Shown: positions 41,536-54,078, numbered from the stretch's first letter. The stretch is DNA of 64,000 nt from Eledone cirrhosa (GCA_964016885.1 OZ024743.1:8246001-8310000), one strand, 5' to 3'. Translations and numbers: made by a program. The notes: generated by a model from the letters alone, not told the origin.

Positions 41536-42427
41536 ACTACCAGTGGTACCCGGCGTTGCACGGGATAAGGCATTTTGGAACGCGGGCCGCCAGCAGACCT
41601 AATCATGGAAAAACTGCATGCCTGGACAATATGTAAATAAAATAAACCGAATACTCTGATGGCTGGATAATCTGAAAAATGCAGGTTTTCACCTAGGGGA
41701 TACAGAAAATAAATTTTTTTTTAATGTGCAAAATATACCTTGAAATTTCGGGAAGATCGGCTAGATGTAACGCCTCCAAAAAAGCCCTAAAAAGCTGAAA
41801 AAATGAAGTTTTTCACCTAATGCGAGCCCTAGGCCATAAAAAAGTTGGATTTTCTTTGCTCACGGTATGAAGAAGAGACTGACTAATACATAGTTACAAT
41901 TTCAAGGAAATCGGTCTGACGTGACGCCTCAAAAAACCCTAAAAAGCTTTCAAAACGCAGCTTTTTACCTAATGCGGGCCCTAGGAGATAAACAAAAGTT
42001 GAATTTTTTATGTGCATGACATTCCCTGAAACATAAGTAATACACATGTAAAGTTTGAAAAACATCGGTTGGGTACTTCTCGAGTTTTAGAGATTCAAAC
42101 TCACAGACACACACACAGACATCCTCAGGGAAGTGACGTAATGCAGACAGTCAAACATACAGACAGATATTATAAGGGCGCGACGTTATATGTATGTATC
42201 TATCTAAAAAGAGAAAGACTAAGAATTATAGAGAGAGATCGCTAAATCGCCTAATGCGGTCCTTAGGGCTTTGAAAATTTGAAATTTCTTTTGCTCAGAA
42301 CACTCCCTGAAACATAAGTATTACATGTGTAAAGTTTGAAAACAGTCGGTTGAGTACTTCTCTAGTTTTAGGGATTCAAACTCACACACACACATAGACA
42401 GACATCCTCAGTTTTATATATATAGAT
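41536..42427 (+). mobile_element. Helentron-associated / DINE-1-like non-autonomous element
   Basis: 5' stem-loop CCCGGCGTTGCACGGG, internal direct repeats, (CA)/(GACA)-rich subterminal region and end TTTTATATATATAGAT. Confidence 0.6.
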
Positions 42428-42436
42428 AAAAGATAT

Positions 42437-42491
42437 ACTGCTATATATATTTCGGTGACAGCCATCATTGGCTGTGACTTCTTCAGGCAGT
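42437..42491 (-). ncRNA. Minimal type I hammerhead motif
   Basis: Stem I ACTGC/GCAGT; CTGAAGA; stem II ACAGCCA(ATGA)TGGCTGT with basal mismatches; GAA; palindromic ATATATAT; A. Confidence 0.7.
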
Positions 42492-43161
42492 CCGAATTGG
42501 TTTGGAAAAGACAGGTACACATGTTGTTGAAGTGTGTTTTACTCCGTCAATCCATCGATATGTCCAGCTCCTGGTTGTGTTGTTATTCCTCTGAGGAACT
42601 GGAATCATTTATTTTTACTCTTAATTCGGCCGGAGATTTACATTCCCATTTGCCCTTTAAGGCAAAACTTTCTGTATTTACTGCGGTTATGAGATGCGGT
42701 TCTTATTCGGGTACAACTTCTGATTTTAGCCTAAGAAAATATCTATATGCGTGTGTAATTTATACACGCATATATTTATTTTTTTTATTTTCAATTGAGT
42801 TCTTAACACGTTGGATTGATAATGTTTTCGAAAAAACTAATTAACCCGCGTGTATATTATTTTTTTCCTCCTTTCGTGGTTCGTAGTTGTCTCCCCTTCT
42901 CGCTTCGTGTCGCTATGATACTTCCTCAGTCAAAAACTGCTGGAATTTCAAATTTGGCGGTCATTCGATGAGAGAAGGAGCAACTTAACAGACACGATTT
43001 TTGACTGCGGTAAGAATTTCTTTCTTATATCAAAGTTTAATGGGCTTCCACTGAAGATTTATAAACGCCCACCTAAATATATTCTTACATGAATATATAT
43101 TAGGCTTCTACATAAACTGGAAATATTCTCCCAACTTGTAGAAAACTTATAATGAAACAAT

Positions 43162-43352
43162 TGTTTGGAAAGAGAGATTTACTTTAATTTTAATTATATC
43201 TCATAAAATAATACAACTGGTTTTTCCACATTATACATATTGTTAGCACCCCAAACACTTAAATTGGGTTTATATTTAAATATAACCTAATGTTTGTTGA
43301 GTGAGATGGTTATCAGTCAGAGTTTAGCTTTAAACTATCTCTGTTATTGTAT

Positions 43353-43357
<5 letters not shown>
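43162..43357. repeat. Unclassified dispersed repeat; second copy at 59829-60023
   Basis: About 195 bp colinear match; both copies end in (TA)n. Confidence 0.8.
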
Positions 43358-43407
<50 letters not shown>

Positions 43408-43923
43408 GAAAAGTATTGGCTGATCCAGCAATTGACCGGCTGCTCAGTTACAGCTGTTGGATACATACATATGTGTGTGTGTTTCATATATATATACGTA
43501 AATATAAGTCGCTAAAATACCGGCCGCCCTTTTGTCTCTGATTTAAACACCAAAGATTTTTATCTGATATATTCCTTCGTTATATTTTGAATTACCTGAT
43601 GACGTCACCGGATTCATACTGAACCTGGTCATTGAAAGGATCATAGCAAAATAAACCTTTCGAGGATTTACACCAGAACATGCCTCCTGTTATTTTGTAA
43701 TAATCAACTCCGTACTCGCACCACCAACTACACAAACGAAGGCGGGTGGTTGCATTACGTTGAGTGCTTTCCATAACATTACATCGTGGCTGACCACACA
43801 GAATGACCAGTTCTATCCAGTGGTGAACCAACAAACCCAAATATATATATATATAAATGAAAGGTATAGAAAATATTGTAGCAAAAAGCCATATATATAT
43901 ATGTATATATATATATGTGTGTG

Positions 43924-44132
<209 letters not shown>

Positions 44133-44283
44133 ATATATATATATGTATATATGTGTATATAAGTATATATATATATTAATAATAGGAATTCCAACAGGAA
44201 TTCTGGACAGGAAGCTCCAATCGTTATGGTTGTCTTTTTTTCAGGGTATGTCAATATTTATTTATAAAACTAATCTGTATTGT

Positions 44284-44347
44284 ATTTTATCTGATGAAAG
44301 CGCACCATAATTTGCCTTGGTGGCCCTTGAAATATGTATAATAAAAT
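44284..44347 (+). ncRNA. Type I hammerhead motif
   Basis: Stem I ATTTTAT/ATAAAAT; CTGATGA; stem II AAG..CACCA/TGGTG..CTT; GAAA; ATA(TG)TAT; GUA triplet region. Confidence 0.72.
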
Positions 44348-44880
44348 AAATATGGTTTTATAAATATAGTTTCCATTTGTTAATATATTGTATATATATA
44401 TATATATTTAAATATTTATATATATGAGTGTTTTGTCTGTACTGATGATAATGTACCCTAATATATTTTAGAACTATTTTTCGTTCTCTGTGGTCTGTTT
44501 GTTTATTCGCCTGTTCCTCGTTTCATTTCACTATTTCTGTACACCAACTCGCCTAGTTTCAGCCTATCAGTCTAGTGGCGTTCCGAGCGAAGGTTTTCTA
44601 CTTTTACCATGGAAAAACTAAAGTCGTCCGGTTTAAGTAGCTGATGAATTGAGATGTTTGGTTTTTTTATCCTACCTTATGGAATTCTACAAAGAAATTG
44701 AGAGGAATATCTATGTAGGCTTCATCAACAGAAAAATACAATTCAAAAATCAAAACACAGATTCAACACATGATATCATCGATAAAATTTACTTTTGTTT
44801 TTGGCGTTGAAGATTTAAACAATATTCATATGGTTATTTACGTCGTACTGCAAAGCACGTAAACAACACGCCCTTATTAC

Positions 44881-45223
44881 TCGGACGCCATGCTTTGCAG
44901 CATAAAGTTACGCCCCTTTATAGTCTGAGTTCAAATCCCGCCGAGGTTGACTTTGCCTTTCATTCTTAAGGGGTCGATAAAATAAAGTACCAGTAATGTA
45001 CTGGCATAATTGCTGACCTTGTGCCAAAAGTAGAAACAATTATTCAATCATGGATTGGCAGTATCGGTAGAGGGTCGGACGCCATGCTTTGCAGCATAGA
45101 GTTATGGTCCGAGTTCAAATCCCGTCGAGGTTAACTTTGCCTTTCATCCTTACGAGGTCGATAAAATGAAGCACCAGTAATGCACTGGGATTATGCCTTG
45201 TGCCAAAAGCAGAAACAATTATT
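44881..45223 (+). mobile_element. Two tandem SINE family 1 copies
   Basis: Copies at about 44881-45043 and 45051-45223. Confidence 0.85.
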
Positions 45224-45233
45224 ACAATCGTTT

Positions 45234-45274
45234 CATTCTGATGACGAGTTCAAGAAGATCTTGAAATATTAATG
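45234..45274 (+). ncRNA. Possible minimal hammerhead motif
   Basis: CATT-CTGATGA-C-GAGTTC(AA)GAA.GAT.CTT-GAAATATT-AATG; stem II is weak. Confidence 0.4.
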
Positions 45275-45655
45275 GCCTCATGGATTTAGATATACTATTG
45301 TTCTAAACTAAACAACAAACAAATAAAGAAATATTACAGTACAGAGGATTAAACGTGAAAACTCTAATGTCTTTAATATATGTTTTAAAGAAATGACATT
45401 TCCTATTTATATACCAGCCCACATGTATGTACATATAATTTTTATGTGTGTATGTGTGTTAGGTGTAAGTGTGTAACTACAGTTACAGACGGCGCACCGT
45501 TCGAAGTATTCAATACTGTTACGAGGTCGGTCTCGTGCTAGGTTGTACTCCAGAGTTAAGGCGGCAGTAGTGTGTAGAGTGTATATAGATTAAAAAGAAT
45601 CGAAGTCAGCCTTGCAAACATATCTACATATGCTGCAACACTGACATCGATTCTA

Positions 45656-45701
<46 letters not shown>

Positions 45702-45745
45702 CATACATACATACACACACACACACAACACATACATACATACAT

Positions 45746-45823
<78 letters not shown>

Positions 45824-46499
45824 CGGTTGCCAACGCGTTTTCGAGTACGGCCACTACTTTATATCCATGTAGGAGAACCCCTACCGATGCGCTGAACGAG
45901 TGTGACTTTTTAGTCCAGCCAGCGACTTGAAAACTCTGGTACAAACACTACACTTGTGACAATTATTGACACATAGTGCTGGGCCCATGGTACCATGTGA
46001 CGACAAGTGCAGAGAGATCTCCAGATATAAAGCAATGCCTGTGCCGTGAAGCTTTTATAGTGAGCAAAGGCACTGCACAAAGCCAGTCTCACTCTCTTAA
46101 CCAAGATGATATTTACCAAACAGAAGAACAAGTCAACATCATTGGATACCCTCAGGGTTGCTGGTGTTATATCAGAGTTTTCCTTCTCCTAGAATTCTGC
46201 CTTGACAAAGGCTAAGGGGTCATCTCTCCCGGGGATTTTGGATGGCCATTGACTCTTAAGAGCTCCTTTGCCCTTTGACAGGTTTTTTTTTAGTCCTGCA
46301 GGATATCCAAAGTCACCCTTCTCACCAAGAAACCTTGGTGGGGTTGCCAGTTTAGTCGCCAACGACCCGACCATGAGACAGGTTGTACTGGGATACATGT
46401 TACCAGTAGCACCAACTGGTGACCTGACATGTATCCCAGTACAACCTGTCTCATATACACATATATACATACATACATACATACACACACACATATATA

Positions 46500-46560
<61 letters not shown>

Positions 46561-46564
<4 letters not shown>

Positions 46565-46800
46565 ATAATGATAAATTTGAAGACTAAAATCCAAAGAGGG
46601 CTCGAAAAGGATAAATATATATCAAATATATAAGAACCGTAGAGCAAATATTTATTAAAATAACAGATTAAAGTTTAAGCAAAGAATCGCTGCTTTCACC
46701 CTTAACGGGATCTTCTCAAACTAACACTGTTATTTTCAGAAGATCCCGTTAAGGGTGAAAGCAGCGATTCTTTGCTTAAACTTTAATCTGTTATTTTAAT
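46561..46800 (-). mobile_element. Fold-back mini-element (63-bp perfect arms 46654-46716 / 46738-46800 plus ~93-nt tail) with a hammerhead-like motif at 46664-46729
   Basis: Minus strand: AGTTT-GAGAAGA-T-CCC(GTTAA)GGG-T-GAAA-GCA...TGC-TT-AAACT. The core is non-canonical at positions 3-4. Flanked by (TA)n. Confidence 0.7.
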
Positions 46801-46820
46801 ATATATATATATATATATAC

Positions 46821-46895
46821 ACACACACTAATAAGTTGACGAAATTACAATATCACTAAGTGATATTGTAATTTCGTCAACTTATTAGTGTGTGT
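46821..46895. repeat. Perfect palindrome, 37-bp arms, 1-nt spacer
   Basis: ACACACACTAATAAGTTGACGAAATTACAATATCACT-A-reverse complement. Confidence 0.95.
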
Positions 46896-47284
46896 ATATA
46901 TATATGGAGAAGCATGGAGAAGCATATATTTCTTTCATTTGAGTTGTGTCTATGAAATTATTATTAGTAATAGTATTTGGGATTTAAACTTATAGTTTAT
47001 TCAAATGTTTAAAAAACAATCCCGTGGAAATTAACATGAGCTACCTGCGCAGAGACGGCACCGAAAGCAGAGTGTATGTACAAGAGTTTATTCCTACTTA
47101 TTGTTATTCCGTGTAGTGTATAGACTTACTCTACTATTGGATAAGATAAATATAGTATAAAATAACACTTCAGAGTAATATAAACTTCAGTTCAAAGGAA
47201 TAGAAAATAGTAATTAAAATAATATTAAAGGAGCTGTTCATGTGCTACCATGAAATAACAATATATATATATATATATATATTT

Positions 47285-48283
47285 ATAGGAGAAAGTATGA
47301 CCCCGACGGCAGAGCTCAAGCCGTTTCGACGGCTATTTCTGGACTAAAGTAAGAGTTTTTTTAGTCTGGTAAATAAATAGCCGAACTTTTCAAGGGGTAC
47401 TTCCTTATATGGGAAGATTGTAGTTGTCAAGAGGATGGTCAAAATTTGTAGCAGATACAGAAAAGTCTATCATGGCAGTGGGTGCGGGGTGGGGATGGCT
47501 AGCCTCAGTACCCCCACCCCAGTAACTTACAGATAGCATTCGCCGATTACGCTATACTAAATATTCATAGCAGCTGTGTTAGACTCCAGAGATGTGGTAT
47601 TAATTTTTAATTCTAAATTTTCAATAATTCTCATCTAGCAACTCATTCTATAGCATTGGCCGAAATAGCAGCACCAACTAAATATAGCAGCTGTGTTAGA
47701 CTCCTTAGTTTTTGTTTTATTTCACTTCTCATTTTCCAATCTTACATTCTGATACATCCTTCTCTCATTTTTATTATATTCTTTTATATTATATTTTTTC
47801 ATTGTCCCCTAATCGCATTTGATTTACTATTTCTATAACGTCCCTCCTCCACTTTCTAAAGAAAACTTTTTTCGCCAACCTCCTCTGGCCTACTTTCATA
47901 CACATTCCTTAGAATTTGCCGTGTAGATTTCACCTTCTACGCTTGACCGGCTCTACCCACTCCCCTATCGTTCTACAGGCAAGTTCAGCCATCCCCACCC
48001 CGCATCCACTGCCATGATAGATTCTTCTGTGTCTGCTACAAATTTTGACCAATCCTCTTGACAACTACAATCTTCCCATATAAGGAAGTACCCCTGGAAA
48101 AGTTCGGCTATTTATTTACCAGACTAAAAAAACTCTTACTTTAGTCCAGAAATAACCGTCGAAACGGCTTGAGCTCTGCCATCGGGGTCATACTTTCTCC
48201 TATCACCTACTCTACTACCTTAAGTATTGAGTACTCTGGTGCGTTATGGTCCATCTGGTTCCTTACCACAACTCCTTCGTTAT
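47285..48283 (+). mobile_element. Longest family D copy: inverted arm 47285-47500, direct arm 47987-48203, tail 48204-48283
   Basis: About 215-bp inverted repeats; tail shared with 41166 and 60057; (TA)n flanks. Confidence 0.85.
47293..47402 (-). ncRNA. Complete type I hammerhead ribozyme with U3-A8 core variant and extended stem II; GUC site (cut between 47305 and 47304)
   Basis: AAGTA-CCCC / TTGAAAA / G..CGGCTATTT...GACTAAA..TTTAGTC...AAATAGCCG.C / GAAA / CGGC(TTGAGCTCT)GCCG / TC / GGGG-TCA-TACTT. A mutated mirror copy lies at 48086-48195 (+). Confidence 0.78.
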
Positions 48284-48297
48284 ATATATATATATAT

Positions 48298-48458
48298 ATT
48301 GTTATACTTGGGGAGGGTCATATTTGTGTAATATTGCCAGAATTAATAACAGAACACACTCACTGTTTGGTTGGTTTTAGCTTTTCGCTTCTGTGACAAT
48401 ATTTGTTTCGACACACGATTTCATATCAAAAACCTCGCAAAACTAATTCATCGCCGTT

Positions 48459-48460
<2 letters not shown>
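48298..48460. mobile_element. Mini-insertion of the 27043-29776 Penelope family (inverted pLTR end joined to the tail)
   Basis: 48298-48392 matches 27085-27172; 48396-48443 is the reverse complement of 27043-27090. Flanked by (TA)n. Confidence 0.85.
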
Positions 48461-48492
<32 letters not shown>

Positions 48493-49268
48493 GCACACAC
48501 GTTCGTAGAAATGCGTTAGGCAAATATTCAGTAATTCAGGCGTAGAATATGTGAAATAAGGTGTCTGTGATTTACTATTCTCCTTAGTGTTGGATGAAGA
48601 GCTCCACACCAAAGAGAATCCCTTGTTACAATGGATAAACTATACATATTAGTAACCTGCAATGGCTTATAATAGTAGTAGTGTACGCTGCAATGCTTTG
48701 AGTAACCATTCAAATAATTAAAGTTTATTCAACTTGTTAAAGTTCCTTAGTCCATACAAAGAAAAAAACTGTTTTTTTGCGCTAATGATGGCTATAAGGC
48801 CAAGATGATAAGAGGGCTCAATATTTTATACTTATGGTATACAATAATTGTTTCTACGCTGAAATATTTAAAATATATAAACAGAAAGAGAAGGGTAAAA
48901 TAAATTAAGAAAAAGTTCATGACTGATGACATTCTACATAGCTGGTGTAAAGAAAAAACAAAAACAAAACAAACTCCACCGTGAGCTGGTGCTTAAAATG
49001 TCTGAATGAGAAATGACTTATCCTATTAATCATCGGTGTTCTGTAGTGAAACGAAATAATTAATTGTTTCTTTCTTTTTTATATAATATCCAACACCTAG
49101 AATAGCCCATTGTCTGGATTAGTCTATTTTCTTGCATACTCTCGACTTCCGAAGCAGTAGTAGTACAGAGTGGTTCAAAAGTCTTGTCACCCCTACATAT
49201 TGTTTTAACTTTCATTATTTTTTGTTTTAATAATATAATACATAATATCATTAATTATAATATATAAA

Positions 49269-51340
49269 ATTAGGTTTAGTAAGGCGTTAGCAATAGAATA
49301 AAATAAAGCAGGGGGAGAACTAGTTAGAAAATTAGACGAGGCGCTTAGTAAAGGCATCGCGACCGACGTGCTTGCGGCGAAATTGGCCCTCGACCAATTC
49401 TTCAATGCAAAGCACGAAGGCTGCGTTGTCAGAGCTAGGGTACGTGCTCTCAGACACGAGGGGACGAAAACCCTTCAATGGGCCCGAGTGGCGGAGGCGC
49501 ATCGTGGCAACAAACCACGATCCGGTCTAGGTGGACCACGACGGGCGCATGCTACTCGACACCGGACAAATGTGTGAAGCTTTTCAGCGACACTTCGCTC
49601 AGTTGTTCGGCGGCAGCGGTGGGCCTGATCGCGGGATGGACTTTAGTGTCCACCTCGACGGACTGCCGCGGCTCTCGGCCACTGAGGCGGAGTGTTGCGG
49701 AAAGCCGATAACAGCCGCTGAAGTACGGGAGGCAATGAGTAGCTGCAGAAGGGTTAAATCTCCTGGTTTGGATTGTCTGCCCTACGAATTTTACGTACAA
49801 ATGCCAGACTTGTTCGGAGGCCTCTTGGCGGACGTCTACTGCAACTGGCAACAGAACGGCAGAATTCCCAGCTGCGTGAGCCGAGGAGTTGTGGCACTGC
49901 TGAGAAAGGATCCGAACAAGGAGGATAACATAGATAATTTCAGGCCCATATCTCTGTTAAACACAGATTTCAAGATTTTAGCCAAGGTGCTAGCAAAGAT
50001 GTTGACGCTTGTTGTTGGTGGTCTGGTGGGAGAGGCGCAGACAAGCGCCATACCAGACAGATCCATCCACGACAACCTCCACCTCATGCGATACATCGTG
50101 GAGAGTGTAGCTAGGGAACCTGGCACGGGTGGGTCCTTGATCAATTTAGATCAGTCGAAAGCTTTCGATAGGGTCGCCCATCGTTACCTAGCGGCAGTCC
50201 TGAGGGCGACTGGCTTTGGACCCGTCTTCAGAGGCTGGAACTCTGCCATGCAACATGCCGTTCAACATCATGCGCTCGGTCCGCCAATGATGTCCTCTCT
50301 CGTCTCTGTTGTACGTATTGACTCACGAGCCATTACTGCACAAACTGGAGACGCTGAGGGGGGTCCCGCGCGAACAGGATGCGGAAGATCCGTGTCAGTA
50401 TATGCGGACGATGTCACCTTAGTGGTGTCAAACGCCAAACACATTGAGGCGATCGGCACTACACTAAGAGAATACGAGGCGGTAACAGGAGCAATGATCA
50501 ACCAGGAAAAGTCGGTGGGCCTGCAGCTCGGCTCCTGGAGAGGCAGATCCATGCCGTCCAACAGCGTCGTCGGGCTCTGGACGGACGGACCGGTTAAATT
50601 GCTAGGCGTCTGGTTCGGTCCAGACCTCCAGACGGACAAAAACTGGGACGAGGTGACGAGCAGGGTGGCTTCTCTCACCCAAAAATGGGCAGAGAGGAAG
50701 CTATCCCCGAAAGGTCGAGCGGAGGTGGCGAATGCGTACATCGCGTCCGTCATCTACTACCGCCTGACCGTCGTACCTTGTCCTAAGCCTCACCTGACTG
50801 CGCTGGAACGTTTTCTCTTTCGCTTTTTGTGGAAGGGACGCGCTCCGATGGTCAGGCGGTCCATCTGCTGTCAACACCCGCTACGTGGAGGGCTGGGCTT
50901 GCCGTGGCTGATGATGCGCAAACACGCGCTCAGACTACGACATCTCCACCTCTTCCTCGACGGTGATCAGGTGTGGTCGCTGTTTGCTAGACGCGTGTTT
51001 CCCCAGCTCGTCTCTTTGACGGAGCTGCAGTCCTTGGTCAAGCAAAGACCGAGAGTGAGCGCCTGGAGACTGGAATGTCTTCAGGCGCTCACAGCCCTGG
51101 ATCGGTTGGGCGATGCTAACGGTGGAAACTCCACCTTGGCGTTCTATAGGGGTTAGTGGGGGGAAAGAGCGACAACGTACTTGGGGAAACTCTAGGCGTC
51201 GACGAAAATCAACTAGCCAATCTGTTCGGGAGAACTTTCGGGCCAGGGCCAATGGACAACTTCCAAATCTCCCTGGCCTTGCAGTGCTACCGAGGAGCTT
51301 TGCCAGTTCGGGATAAACTCTACAGGCATGGTGGTGCCGT
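49269..51340 (+). mobile_element. Internal ORF2 fragment of the Tx1-type family, frameshifted, lacking both ends
   Basis: Colinear with about 13709-15827; RT motifs DQSKAFDRV and YADD; internal deletion near 50250. Confidence 0.93.
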
Positions 51341-51394
51341 CAACAACAAAACTTTGCGGAGCTCACGATAATACGATTTTCTACGTAGGTCGCC
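51341..51394 (-). mobile_element. Isolated 5' terminus (~54 nt) of the Tx1-type element
   Basis: Reverse complement GGCGACCTACGTAGAAAATCGTATTATCGTGAGCTCCGCAAAG matches 10588-10630 and is preceded by (TTA)n. Confidence 0.88.
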
Positions 51395-51411
51395 AATAAT
51401 AATAATAATAA

Positions 51412-53572
51412 TGCTTTCTTTATTGGCCACAAGAGCTGACATCAAGAAAAACATTACAGACGGCACAGGACCGTACAGGACGGTACGATGTGGGTTTTGT
51501 GCGTGTAAATATTTTTATTATTTATATAAGAAAAGAAAAAAAAAGACATAGAAACATATATATATATAAACAAAAAAAATGAAAATTGAAACAATGAAAA
51601 ATTTCCCAATAGGGGGGAAACCTCCGAGGGTTACTCGTGGCGAAAACCACACAAAAGACCACGGCCACCCTGACCACCAAGGCAAACGCCCTATCTCAAT
51701 TTTTCCATTTCTCAAGCTACAGACGTATATTCAGAGCGGTCCCGTTCACTCGGACCATTCTCGCTACAATCACCCACCTTTCAACAAACTTGCTAGAAGG
51801 CAGCACTTGCCTCTCCACCCTGATTTTCCTCTTCAAGTGAAACTTGAAAAAGTTAATTAGGGATTCGCCGAAGAGGAAAATGTCTGTCTTTAACTCTTTC
51901 AACCTTGTCCACCACACAATCTCTTTCGCCATGGCCACCAGGCAGATGAAAACCGCCTGCCCTTCCTCCTCGAAGGAAGACTGTGAGACCATCTGCACAA
52001 TGGACTCAGTCGATAACCGGATCAGTCCTACACGCGACAGCAACTGTTCGACATAGCTCCACAAGTCAGCAATGCTCGGGCACTGAACGAGTGAGTGCAC
52101 GACGGTTTCGTCGCCCTGCGCGCATCTCGGACAGGCTCGGCTGACGGCACTTCCGTGCCTGTATAGCTTATCTCGAACCGGCAGCGCTCCCCGGTAGCAC
52201 TGCCAGACCAGGGATTTTTGGAAGTTATCCATAGGCCCTGGGCTGAAAGTTCTCCGGAAGAGAGCAAACAACTGATTTTCTTCGACGCCCAGGATCTTTC
52301 CGAGAACGTCGTCGCTCTTCCCCTCTACTAGTCCTCTATAGAACGCCGAGCTGGATGTTCCACCGATACTGGTGCCCAGCTGGTAGAGGGCAGTGAGCGC
52401 CTGGAGACATTCCAGTTTCCAAACGCTATCCCTCGGTCTTTTTTTGACCCAGGACTGCAGTTCCGTCAAGGAGACGAGATGTGGGAAAACGTGCCTGGCG
52501 AACGGCGACCACACCTTTTCACCGTCAAGGAAGCACCAGAGATGTCGCAGCCTCAGCACATGTTTGTGCATCATCAGCCATGGCATGCCCAGTCCTCCAC
52601 GCAACGGGTGTTGACAGCAGATGGATCATCTGACCATGGGAGCGCGTCCCTTCCACAAAAAACGGAAGAGGAGGCGCCCCATTTTAGTGAGAGTTGGGCC
52701 GGAGCAAGGGACGACGGTGAGGCGGTAGCAGATGACGCATGCGATGTACGCATTCGCCACCTCCGCCCGGCCTTTCAGGGACAGCTTCCTCTCGGCCCAT
52801 TTCTGGGTGAGAGAGGCCACCTTGCTCGTCACCTCGTTCCAGTTTTTCTCCATCTGGAGGTCCGGTCCGAACCAGACCCCGAGCAATTTAACCGGTCCGT
52901 CCAACGCCCCACGACGCTGTCGGACGGCATGGACTTGTCTCTCCAGTTGCCGAGCTGCAAGCCCACCGACTTTTCCTGGTTTATCTTTGCTCCTGTCACC
53001 GCTTCGTATTCCTTGAGAGCGGTGCCGAGCATCTGGACGTGTCTGGTGCTCGACACCATCACGGTGACGTCGTCGGCGTAAGCCGACTCGGATTTCCCAC
53101 ATCCTAGTTCGCGTGGGACGCTCCTCATCGCCGCCAGTTTGTGCAGCAACGGCTCGAGAGCCAATACGTACAAGAGGGACGAGAGGGGACAACCCTGGCG
53201 GACCGAGCGCATGATGCTGAACGGCTGCGACAGGTGACCGTTCACCCTCACAACTGAGCAGATGTCGCTGTACATCGCAGCGATCCAACCCCTGAAAACA
53301 GGCCCGAAACCGGCTGCCTCGAGGACTGCTGCCAGGTACCGATGGTCGACCCTATCGAATGCTTTGGATTGATCCAAGTTGATCAGGGCCCCACCCGTGC
53401 CAGGTTCCTTAACCACCCTCTCTATGATGTATCGCATGAAGTGGAGGTTGTCGTGTATGGATCTGTCTGGAATAGCGTATGTCTGCGCCTCTCCCACCAG
53501 ACCCTTGACGACAAACGCCAACCTCGTTGCTAACACCTTGGCCAAAATCTTGACCTCTGCGTTTTAGCAGGC
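51412..53572 (-). mobile_element. 5'-truncated copy of a diverged Tx1-type subfamily
   Basis: ORFs 52829-53545, 52626-53288 and 51717-52604 reconstruct the RT (QGCPLS, YADD) and zinc finger. The 3'UTR ends CTTGTGGCCAATAAAGAAAGC-(ATT)n; (TTA)n also lies at the 5' junction. Confidence 0.93.
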
Positions 53573-54078
53573 TAATAATAATAATATAATTTTCTTTTTG
53601 GTAGGGGTTGACAAGACTTTCGGACCACTCTGTAGTACAGGGGTTCACTCGAGAATGTGAATATTTCGAATCCGTGTATCCACACACAATTGATGAACAA
53701 TTTCATTCAAACGAAAGAAGTTTTATAGCGCCATTTTGTTTTCTTTTTTACTGGAATGTAGGTAATGAATTTCGCTGTCACCAGACAAGCAAATTGCCTG
53801 ACGTAATGCTACTATTGCTGTCAACGAGTTGGAAAGTTGTTCCATTAAAGAAGCCGCAAATCAAATATATGGGCGCGAGATCGTATTGTTTCCAGGTCAC
53901 GAGTATAGATTTTTTTTCTTTTTTTTTTCCTTTTAAATTTAAGCGATTCGTTATACACGCTACAAAGTTTATCAAATTGCGCGCACATACATAAACCGGG
54001 ACACTCATACACTACACGCACGCACGCACACACTCTCTCTCTCTCTATGTTTATATATATATATATATATATATATTT

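Larger units (their letters stand above)
49166..53632. mobile_element. Tc1/mariner-like TIR pair (~31 bp, TA flanks) enclosing the second Tx1 block
   Basis: TA|CAGAGTGGTTCAAAAGTCTTGTCACCCCTAC at 49164-49196 and GTAGGGGTTGACAAGACTTTCGGACCACTCTG|TA at 53601-53634. Confidence 0.75.

Noticed and set aside
43596-43665. CTGATGA...GAAAGG hammerhead-like motif
   Set aside because: Stems II and III are partly formable but stem I does not close next to the core; at most a decayed copy.
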